A stretch of DNA of 64,000 nucleotides from NCBI GenBank assembly GCA_045649125.1, contig JAZRPH010000042.1:48-64047 (forward strand). The letters run 5' to 3'. Position 1 is the first letter of the stretch; each line of letters starts with the position of its first letter. Below the pieces are notes generated by a model. That model saw only the letters and a program-made list of their open reading frames with translations. It ran no database searches and was not told the DNA's origin. Both the position numbers and the translations under genes were made by a program. The stretch is from Acutalibacteraceae bacterium. GTDB lineage: Bacteria > Bacillota > Clostridia > Oscillospirales > Acutalibacteraceae. Shown here piece after piece: positions 42,098 to 49,301 of the stretch.

Positions 42098-42803
42098 ATT
42101 TTACCAAAGCAGAAAAGGAAGTTTCGAAAGCCTGCGACGAAATGTCACATTCAAGCATATATACAGGTGTGTTTTCGATAAGACTGCCAAGCAGTGAAAG
42201 TGTTTTACTTAATGCCGACGGATTGTGCGGCAGATAAATCTGACGCATAAGGTGGTTTATGGCATCCTTACTATCTACCCTTGTAATCGCATTTTTTGCC
42301 GACTGCTTTATTATGCATACGGCGGCAAGTGGTGCGCTTATGTTATTTTGCAGATTTTCTTTACCTGCCCAAGGAGTACCGTAAACGGTGGCTTCACTAT
42401 CCATATTTATAATTGGTTTATCGCCGTTTATAACGGTGACTTTATCGCCAAGATGCTTTCTCCACAAATTTATATGCGTGGTTTTTCCCGTGCCGCTGGG
42501 CGCTGTAAACAGGTATGCACGGCCTTCGTATTGTATTGCGGCGCCGTGAAAAACAAAACGGTCAAAGTCGGGCAAGACTTCGGCAATAGCCCTGTAAATG
42601 CAAAGAATTTCACTGTCATCGCGCGACACAATGGGGGACACCTTTTGTTCAGCCTCAAGCGCTTGGTCACTGACGGTGACCGAAATATCCGCATTTTCCC
42701 AAGATGTAAAAATATAATCCTTGCAAAAATGTTTAACAAAAGCGCTTCGACAGTTAATATTAATTTTTAGCCCAGACATTAAAATCTTAAAATTTTCAAG
42801 CAT
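42096..42803 (-). CDS. HPr-kinase-C-terminal-like P-loop protein (HprK-related kinase family), function unknown
   Basis: 235 aa. P-loop FTAPSGTGKTT followed by VINGDKPII, analogous to GxSGxGKSE...ADD of HprK. No N-terminal HprK domain. Confidence 0.5.
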   Translation of the reverse strand: MLENFKILMSGLKININCRSAFVKHFCKDYIFTSWENADISVTVSDQALEAEQKVSPIVSRDDSEILCIYRAIAEVLPDFDRFVFHGAAIQYEGRAYLFTAPSGTGKTTHINLWRKHLGDKVTVINGDKPIINMDSEATVYGTPWAGKENLQNNISAPLAAVCIIKQSAKNAITRVDSKDAINHLMRQIYLPHNPSALSKTLSLLGSLIENTPVYMLECDISSQAFETSFSALVK

Positions 42804-42811
42804 ATTACCAC

Positions 42812-44155
42812 CTACTGTCCGTAACGAATATCACAGCCAAGTGTCGTTTGACATTCGGTAAGTCCAAATGAGATAATTTGATATGTGCGCTCAAAAGAGG
42901 CTTTGGCCTTACCTGACTCGGTTGCATCAAAACCGTATGTGTCGGCTGTCTGTGCCGTTTCAAGCGGATACATTGTATACTGATAACCGCTGCCACCGGC
43001 ATATTTATTAACCCATGTGGGAATTATATCAACACCTGATAGAACGGTAGTTCCGTCACTGTATTTTTGGAAGGTGTAGTAAAACAACATTCCGTCCTCG
43101 GTATGTCCTGAGGGGCAGGAATCCATCAGTTCCTTGCGCTGATTTGAAATTGCATTACCCATAGAGTATACGCATACGGTTGTATTCTGACTGTCCTCAG
43201 AATATAACATAGATATAGGCTGTACAACATGCGGATGACCGCCTACTATTACATCGACACCCATATTGCAAAGCCGCTGCGCAATGGATTTCTGCCATGT
43301 GTTAGGCTCGGTTTGGTACTCGTTTCCCCAGTGCATATAAAACACCGTTGCATCGGCACCGTCTTCCTCCATTGCCGTTACAACACCTTGCGCTGAAGCA
43401 TAAAATTCATCCAGCCTTTCATACGAAAAGGAATTAATAAGACCGTGCGCTTCGGTGGAAATAATATTACCGTTTATTGATTTTTGTCCCACATCCGATG
43501 TGTTTTCATAGGTGTATGCAACCATACCTATTTTTATTCCGTTTACATTCTGTATTACATAGGTCGGGTCATCGACTGTCTCTTTCGTACCGCTAAAGGC
43601 TATGCCCGATGTCTTTAATTGCTGTACCGTGCGTTTAAGACCGAAAAGTCCCGTATCATAACAATGGTTGTTAGCGGTGGTAAGAAATTTTATGCCGCTG
43701 CTTTTTATGGTGTCAAGCAGACTGTCGGGTACATTAAATGCAGGATAGCCCGAATATGCGCCCGATTCGGTACCGCCAAGGGTTACCTCAAAATTAGCAG
43801 TCGCAAGGTCGGCTGCTTTAAAATAATCATCAACTTCGGTAAAAAAAGCCGAAAAATCATAGCCGCCGTCAGCAGTTTTAGCACCCGACAGAACAGGGCT
43901 ATGCAGTATAATATCACCCGTGTTCACCACCGTTGCCGTGGCAGTGATTTTTGGGGTAGTATCAACAGGTGTATCTTCACTTGAAATAATCGAATTGTCC
44001 GACGCGGTATCAATATTACCGTTTGTAAAAAATTTTACGACTGTATTCACCAAAAGGCAAAGCAGGGTTATGCACAGTACAAGAACTGCCGATGTAACGG
44101 TTAAAAATATTCTTCTGCGAATAATCGCCTTTTGACGTCTTGTTTTTTTATCCAT
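42812..44155 (-). CDS. CapA-family (PGA_cap metallophosphatase-like) membrane-anchored protein
   Basis: N-terminal TM helix, NTGDIILHSP, TTANNHCYDTG and GGHPHV motifs typical of CapA-like proteins. Confidence 0.7.
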   Translation of the reverse strand: MDKKTRRQKAIIRRRIFLTVTSAVLVLCITLLCLLVNTVVKFFTNGNIDTASDNSIISSEDTPVDTTPKITATATVVNTGDIILHSPVLSGAKTADGGYDFSAFFTEVDDYFKAADLATANFEVTLGGTESGAYSGYPAFNVPDSLLDTIKSSGIKFLTTANNHCYDTGLFGLKRTVQQLKTSGIAFSGTKETVDDPTYVIQNVNGIKIGMVAYTYENTSDVGQKSINGNIISTEAHGLINSFSYERLDEFYASAQGVVTAMEEDGADATVFYMHWGNEYQTEPNTWQKSIAQRLCNMGVDVIVGGHPHVVQPISMLYSEDSQNTTVCVYSMGNAISNQRKELMDSCPSGHTEDGMLFYYTFQKYSDGTTVLSGVDIIPTWVNKYAGGSGYQYTMYPLETAQTADTYGFDATESGKAKASFERTYQIISFGLTECQTTLGCDIRYGQ

Positions 44156-44167
44156 TGTTTTTCATCC

Positions 44168-44866
44168 TCACATAAACATACAAAACAGTATCGGTAGGAA
44201 TATGGCGGGTATAATATTCATAACCTTAATTTTTTTGCCAAGACCTAACATATTAAATGCAATCGCAATAATAAGCAGCGAGCCGATAACCGACATATGT
44301 GCTATAACCTCGGTTGTTAGTACGGGTTGTATGAATTTTGCGGCGATGGTTAGCACACCCTCAATAACAAGCACCGCCACAGACGAAAGCACCACACCAA
44401 AGCCTAAGGTAGATGCAAACACCGCCGCAGAAATACAGTCAATGAGTGACTTTGAATAAAGGGTGGTATTATCACCCGAAATGCCCGAATCAATAGCGCC
44501 CACAACGGTCATTGCGCCCACACAAAAAAGCAGTGTTGCCGAAACAAAGCCCTCGGCAATTTTGCCGTTTCCGCCGCCGCCAACCGCCCTTTCAATACGC
44601 TCACCAAGACGGTTTATCAATCGGTCAAGGTCTATTAACTCACCAATCACTGCACCGACTGCGGTTGAAACTATCACAACAAGCGGATTTATGCCGTCTT
44701 CAAAAAGTCCTGTAACCCCTATGTAAAGCACACAAAGCGCCATACCCTTCATAAGTGTTTCGCGAAGCCGTTCAGGTATACCTTTTTTGAGAAGCATTCC
44801 GATGCTGCCGCCTATTATCACCAATATGAAATTAACAAAAGCGCCGCTTGTAAAAAGCCTGACCAC
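44168..44866 (-). CDS. DUF554-family membrane protein
   Basis: GTG start at 44866 with an AGAGGTGA RBS. FVNFILVIIGGSIGMLLKKGIPERL is a typical DUF554 N-terminus. Confidence 0.6.
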   Translation of the reverse strand: MVRLFTSGAFVNFILVIIGGSIGMLLKKGIPERLRETLMKGMALCVLYIGVTGLFEDGINPLVVIVSTAVGAVIGELIDLDRLINRLGERIERAVGGGGNGKIAEGFVSATLLFCVGAMTVVGAIDSGISGDNTTLYSKSLIDCISAAVFASTLGFGVVLSSVAVLVIEGVLTIAAKFIQPVLTTEVIAHMSVIGSLLIIAIAFNMLGLGKKIKVMNIIPAIFLPILFCMFM

Positions 44867-45016
44867 GAATATCACCTCTTGCAAAATAATAATATAACAA
44901 TTTAAACCAAAAATCAACAATATAGATTTATAAAGAATAGTTTATTAAAAATACTCTTGTATTTATAAGGCATTTATTGTAAAATAATTATAATATAACT
45001 TTAGGAGGAATGACAA

Positions 45017-45658
45017 ATGCCAACTTCTAACACTATGAAAATTGAAACCAAGCGCAATGATTTATTTCTGCGTGTTTCAAAGGGGCATTTTGCCACCAGC
45101 AACAGCCACAGCAACTACTATATTGATGTTGCGGCGCAAAAATCCCGCCTTTCAGAAGCAAAGGCTGTAGCGGATGAACTTTGTTCATATTACCGCCACA
45201 GCACAATTGTTGACACCATTCTTTGCCTTGACGGTATGGAGGTTGTGGGCACCTGCCTTGCAGACCGCCTTACAAGCGCGGATTTCATTAATATGAACGC
45301 GCACCAGACCATATATGTCGTAACACCCGAAACCACCAACTCAAGCCAACTGCTTTTCCGCGATAATATCGTTCCTATGATAGCAGGAAAGCACGTTCTT
45401 ATTCTTGCGGTATCGGTGGCTACAGGCAGAACCGTTCAGACCGCTATTGATGCCATTAAATACTACGGTGGTAAGGTAGCAGGTGTATCCTCTATCTTTG
45501 CAACGGTGGACCAATGCGACGGTTATACCGTAAACTCGGTATTTAATCCCAAGGATTTAACCGACTATGCAAACTATTCCTCGCACGATTGCCCGATGTG
45601 TAAAAAGGGCGAAAAGATTGACGCGCTTATAAACTGTCACGGATATTCAAAACTGTAA
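45017..45658 (+). CDS. orotate-PRT-like phosphoribosyltransferase-fold protein with degenerate PRPP loop
   Basis: GHFATSNSHSNYYIDV resembles the OPRT N-terminus. The PRPP-loop position reads VLILAVSVATGRT, with no acidic pair. C-terminal CPMC. AGGAGG RBS. Confidence 0.5.
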   Translation: MPTSNTMKIETKRNDLFLRVSKGHFATSNSHSNYYIDVAAQKSRLSEAKAVADELCSYYRHSTIVDTILCLDGMEVVGTCLADRLTSADFINMNAHQTIYVVTPETTNSSQLLFRDNIVPMIAGKHVLILAVSVATGRTVQTAIDAIKYYGGKVAGVSSIFATVDQCDGYTVNSVFNPKDLTDYANYSSHDCPMCKKGEKIDALINCHGYSKL

Positions 45659-45680
45659 TTTTTAACGGAGGTTTTAAAAT

Positions 45681-46931
45681 ATGAGTAGATTAGAAGAAGC
45701 AAAAAAGCAATATGCCGCACTTGGCATTGATGTTGATGCCGTTATTGATACCCTTAAAAAGCAACCTGTATCTCTTCACTGTTGGCAGGGTGACGATGTT
45801 AAGGGTTTTGACCAGGACGGCCCCCTGACAGGCGGTATTCAGACCACGGGTAACTACCCGGGCAAAGCGCGTACCCCTGACGAGCTTATGGCGGATATGG
45901 ATATGGTTTTATCTCTCTGCCCAGGCGCTAAAAAGATAAATGTTCATGCCTGCTATGCCATTTTTGAAGACGGTGAGTTTGCCGACCGCGATAAGTTGGA
46001 GCCCAAGCACTTTAAAAAGTGGGTTGACTTTGCAAAGGCACGCGGTATGGGACTTGACTTTAACCCCACCTTCTTCTCACACCCAATGGCTGACAGCGGT
46101 CTCACCCTTGCAAGTCCTGATGATAAAATCCGCAATTTCTGGATTGAACACGGTAAGGCTTGTGTACGCATTTCACAGTATTTTGCAAAAGAAACGGGTG
46201 TTCCCTGCGTTATGAATATCTGGACAGGCGACGGATTTAAGGATATTCCTGCCGACAGAATGGGACCGCGTATGCGTTATAAAGATTCTATTGAGCAGAT
46301 TTTGTCCGAACCGTTTGATAAGAAAATGGTTAAGCCCTGTGTTGAATCTAAGGTATTCGGCATCGGTGTTGAGGCTTATACCGTCGGCTCTGCCGAGTTT
46401 TCACTCACCTTTGCTGCTACTCACGACGGCTGCCTACCGCTTATGGATAACGGTCACTACCATCCGACCGAGGTTGTATCTGACAAAATCCCTGCGCTTC
46501 TCGCTTTCTTCCCCGAAATCGCATTACATATTACCCGTCCTATCCGTTGGGACTCTGACCATGTAGTTCTTTTCGATGACGAAACACGCGAAATGGCTAA
46601 GGAAATTGTGCGTTGCGACGCATTTGACCGCGTTTATATGGCGCTTGACTATTTCGATGCAAGCATTAACCGCATTTCCGCTTGGACTGTTGGTCTTCGC
46701 AGTTGGCAGAAGGCATTACTTATGGCAATGCTTACACCCAATGCCATGCTCAAAGATTTGCAGGATAACGGCGAATTTACCGAACTTATGGTTAAAAGTG
46801 AAGAAGTAAAAACTCTTCCCTTCGGCGATATCTGGAACTACTACTGCAAGTGTTGCGGTGTTCCCGCCGACGGCGAATGGTTTGACAAGGTTAAGGAATA
46901 CGAACAAACCGTACTTTCAAAGAGAGTATAA
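45681..46931 (+). CDS. rhaA: L-rhamnose isomerase
   Basis: Collinear with E. coli RhaA as I recall it: LHCWQGDDV, GGIQTTGNYPGKAR and RPIRWDSDHVVLFDDET. Confidence 0.92.
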   Translation: MSRLEEAKKQYAALGIDVDAVIDTLKKQPVSLHCWQGDDVKGFDQDGPLTGGIQTTGNYPGKARTPDELMADMDMVLSLCPGAKKINVHACYAIFEDGEFADRDKLEPKHFKKWVDFAKARGMGLDFNPTFFSHPMADSGLTLASPDDKIRNFWIEHGKACVRISQYFAKETGVPCVMNIWTGDGFKDIPADRMGPRMRYKDSIEQILSEPFDKKMVKPCVESKVFGIGVEAYTVGSAEFSLTFAATHDGCLPLMDNGHYHPTEVVSDKIPALLAFFPEIALHITRPIRWDSDHVVLFDDETREMAKEIVRCDAFDRVYMALDYFDASINRISAWTVGLRSWQKALLMAMLTPNAMLKDLQDNGEFTELMVKSEEVKTLPFGDIWNYYCKCCGVPADGEWFDKVKEYEQTVLSKRV

Positions 46932-46941
46932 CAGACAACAT

Positions 46942-46972
46942 AAAAACAGGGCACAAACTGTGCCCTGTTTTT
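46942..46972. terminator. bidirectional terminator (rhaA / RHH gene)
   Basis: AAAAACAGGGCACA-AAC-TGTGCCCTGTTTTT. Confidence 0.85.
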
Positions 46973-47138
46973 ATTTGCCTAATTCAATTACTCCATGCTT
47001 TTGCTCATATTCCTCTATGGCATCTCTAATCAATATCAAAATCTCGCTATTTGCACTGCGTCCCTCATAATCGGCAACTATATGCAATTTGTTTAGCATT
47101 TCCTCATCAATTCTTATAGATAAACTCTTAACAGCCAT
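46971..47138 (-). CDS. ribbon-helix-helix (CopG/Arc-like) DNA-binding protein, 55 aa (below the ORF-track cutoff)
   Basis: Hand translation: MAVKSLSIRIDEEMLNKLHIVADYEGRSANSEILILIRDAIEEYEQKHGVIELGK. This has a beta-strand then two helices in the RHH pattern. AAGGAG RBS. Confidence 0.65.
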   Translation of the reverse strand: MAVKSLSIRIDEEMLNKLHIVADYEGRSANSEILILIRDAIEEYEQKHGVIELGK

Positions 47139-47204
47139 AAAATAACTCCTTAAAACATTTATTATGACTTTATTTTATTTCTATTTTGTGTTACAATCAC
47201 AATA

Positions 47205-47223
47205 TAGATATATTTTATATCTA
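47205..47223. promoter_or_regulatory. 8-bp inverted repeat between the RHH and SLOG genes (candidate operator)
   Basis: TAGATATA-TTT-TATATCTA, just downstream of a TGtTACAAT extended -10-like element and about 27 nt upstream of the ATG at 47250. Confidence 0.35.
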
Positions 47224-47249
47224 ATTTATGCTTAAAATAAGGAGATATT

Positions 47250-47594
47250 ATGAAAGTTGCAATAATAGGTTCAAGAAATTTACAATTAACTAATTTAGCA
47301 CAATATCTGCCAGAAAACACAACAGAAATTGTATCAGGCGGTGCAAGAGGAATAGATGCATGTGCTAAATCTTTTGCCGAAGCAAATAATATAAAAATCA
47401 CAGAATTTTTACCCAACTATAAACTTTATGGCAGAGCAGCACCGCTTAAGCGTAATATTGAGATTATAAACTATTCGGATATCGTCTTAGCGTTTTGGGA
47501 TGGCAAATCAACTGGGACGCGCTTTGTCATAGAGAATTGCCGTAAACTTGATAAGCCGATTAAAATCTTTAAATCTCTGAACAATAAAACTTAA
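47250..47594 (+). CDS. DUF2493 / SLOG-family (DprA-like Rossmann) small protein
   Basis: MKVAIIGSRN, VSGGARGIDA, APLKRNIEII and AFWDGKSTGT match the DUF2493 pattern. AAGGAG RBS. Confidence 0.65.
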   Translation: MKVAIIGSRNLQLTNLAQYLPENTTEIVSGGARGIDACAKSFAEANNIKITEFLPNYKLYGRAAPLKRNIEIINYSDIVLAFWDGKSTGTRFVIENCRKLDKPIKIFKSLNNKT

Positions 47595-47622
47595 AAGCCG
47601 CAAGGATTAACCCTTGCGGCTT
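47595..47622. terminator. bidirectional terminator
   Basis: AAGCCGCAAGG-ATTAAC-CCTTGCGGCTT. Confidence 0.8.
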
Positions 47623-47625
47623 CCA

Positions 47626-47832
47626 TTATTTCTCTTTTAAAACTAACTCTGCAAAATCCTTAAAATAATAATCCTTTACATTTTCATGTCCTGGTACCTT
47701 TTTAAAAAAACAGGCAGGAATTTCCTTGCTTTGTAAGTTCTTTATAATACAAGGTGTGCAACCGTCACTGTGATTTGTGGGATGGTTAGGACAGTTTAAA
47801 TCCTTGCAGGTACAAAATGTCGCATTTTCCAT
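47626..47832 (-). CDS. small Cys-rich protein (DUF6485-like)
   Basis: 68 aa with the pattern CTC..C...H..H..GC.PCI.KNL....IP.CFF. Confidence 0.45.
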   Translation of the reverse strand: MENATFCTCKDLNCPNHPTNHSDGCTPCIIKNLQSKEIPACFFKKVPGHENVKDYYFKDFAELVLKEK

Positions 47833-47834
47833 AT

Positions 47835-48380
47835 TTATTGCAGTCCTTTTTTCTTTTCAAAATACTTGTACACCCTATCCACAACAAAAAATGCGATAAG
47901 GCCGTTAATAATGCCGAGTATAATTCCACCCAACACATCGGTGGGATAATGCACATAAAGGTACATTCTTGAAAAACCGATAATACCACCTAAAACAAAT
48001 GCCGCCTTACCCCAACGCTTGTCACAAAGGAACATCGCCATAGCGCTTTCAAAACAGCAACGGGTATGTCCCGACGGGAAGGAATAACTTGAAAGCTTAT
48101 CAATAAGCAGTGTGGCTTCTGCATTTACGGTGTACGGTCTAGGCCTTGCAAAAAGGTTTTTAAGCCCCAAATTACCGACGATAAGACCTAATATCAGCGC
48201 AAGACCGACCGATATGCCCATTTTGCGTGTGGGTTTAAAGCAGATAAGCGCTACCGCTAAAACAATCCACAAAATTCCGTCATCGGCAAGTCTGGTTAAA
48301 AGTACCATTAAATCATCTAAAAAGTCAAACCGCAGATATTCCTGAATAAAATCAAGTATTTTAAGTTCAAATTCGTTCAT
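47835..48380 (-). CDS. PAP2-family phosphatase (BcrC-like undecaprenyl-PP phosphatase candidate)
   Basis: PAP2 motifs KNLFARPRP, SFPSGHT and SRMYLYVHYPTDV. Confidence 0.8.
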   Translation of the reverse strand: MNEFELKILDFIQEYLRFDFLDDLMVLLTRLADDGILWIVLAVALICFKPTRKMGISVGLALILGLIVGNLGLKNLFARPRPYTVNAEATLLIDKLSSYSFPSGHTRCCFESAMAMFLCDKRWGKAAFVLGGIIGFSRMYLYVHYPTDVLGGIILGIINGLIAFFVVDRVYKYFEKKKGLQ

Positions 48381-48391
48381 AGCGCTTCCTC

Positions 48392-48931
48392 TTACTTAAA
48401 AAACAAGGGTAACTTTTCAAGAAATACTATATCATCGCGGTCAGCGGCATCGCCCTCAGCAAGAAAGGCGCATGCTGCAGACTCTTTAGCACCGGCACGA
48501 CTTACAAGTTCTCTTACCGCGGCAAGTGACTCACCCGTGCTTATAACATCGTCGACAATAAGCACTCGCTTACCCTTTATAAGTTCTACCTCGGTTTCGC
48601 CTAAAAATAGCTTCTGTTGATTCTGTGTTGTAATGGAGGTAACACTAACCTCCAACGGATTGCGCATATAAACCTTAACGCCCTTACGCGCAATAACATA
48701 CGGTTTACCGCTCTGTTTTGCCATTTCGTATGCTATGGGTATTGACTTAGCCTCAGGGGTTAAAATCACATCAAATTCAGGGACCTTTTCAAGCAGTTCT
48801 TTACAACCTGCAACGGTCAGTTCAACATCGCCAAAGATAATAAATGCAGCAATATCAAGACTGTCACTTACAGGAAATTTTTCAAGTTTCCGCTCAAGTC
48901 CCGCGATTTTCATAGTATAAAATTCGGACAT
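48392..48931 (-). CDS. purine (adenine/xanthine-like) phosphoribosyltransferase
   Basis: Canonical PRPP loop VLIVDDVISTGES. Confidence 0.7.
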   Translation of the reverse strand: MSEFYTMKIAGLERKLEKFPVSDSLDIAAFIIFGDVELTVAGCKELLEKVPEFDVILTPEAKSIPIAYEMAKQSGKPYVIARKGVKVYMRNPLEVSVTSITTQNQQKLFLGETEVELIKGKRVLIVDDVISTGESLAAVRELVSRAGAKESAACAFLAEGDAADRDDIVFLEKLPLFFK

Positions 48932-48959
48932 AAATAATCCTCCTAATTATGCATTAATA

Positions 48960-49301
48960 TCAGCCTGGGGGCCACTGTAAATATCTGCGTGCAAGAAGAT
49001 GAAAATGCAAATGTCCAACAGTCTGTCCGCCGTCTTTACCGCAGTTGGTTACCACGCGAAAACCCTTTTCAAGTTTTTCGCTGTCTGCAATACTGGCTAC
49101 AGCCTCAAAAATCTTGGCAACATAGTCACTGTTTTTTGCGTCTATTTCCGCGGCTGATGTAATGTGAATTTTAGGGACAATCACTGCGTGAAATGGGGCT
49201 TGTGGGTCAATGTCTGCAAAAGCGTAAACCCAGTCGTCCTCATAAATCTTAGTAGAGGGGATTTCCCCCGCGATTATTTTACAAAACAAACAATCTTTCA
49301 T
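48960..49301 (-). CDS. HIT-family nucleotide hydrolase/transferase
   Basis: CLFCKI N-terminus and the histidine triad GHLHFHLL. Confidence 0.88.
   Translation of the reverse strand: MKDCLFCKIIAGEIPSTKIYEDDWVYAFADIDPQAPFHAVIVPKIHITSAAEIDAKNSDYVAKIFEAVASIADSEKLEKGFRVVTNCGKDGGQTVGHLHFHLLARRYLQWPPG

Noticed and set aside
42225-42770. 181-aa ORF antisense to the HprK-like P-loop gene.
   Set aside because: The minus-strand frame has a Walker A motif, is tightly coupled to the upstream CapA-like gene and ends at a terminator. The plus-strand ORF has no start context.
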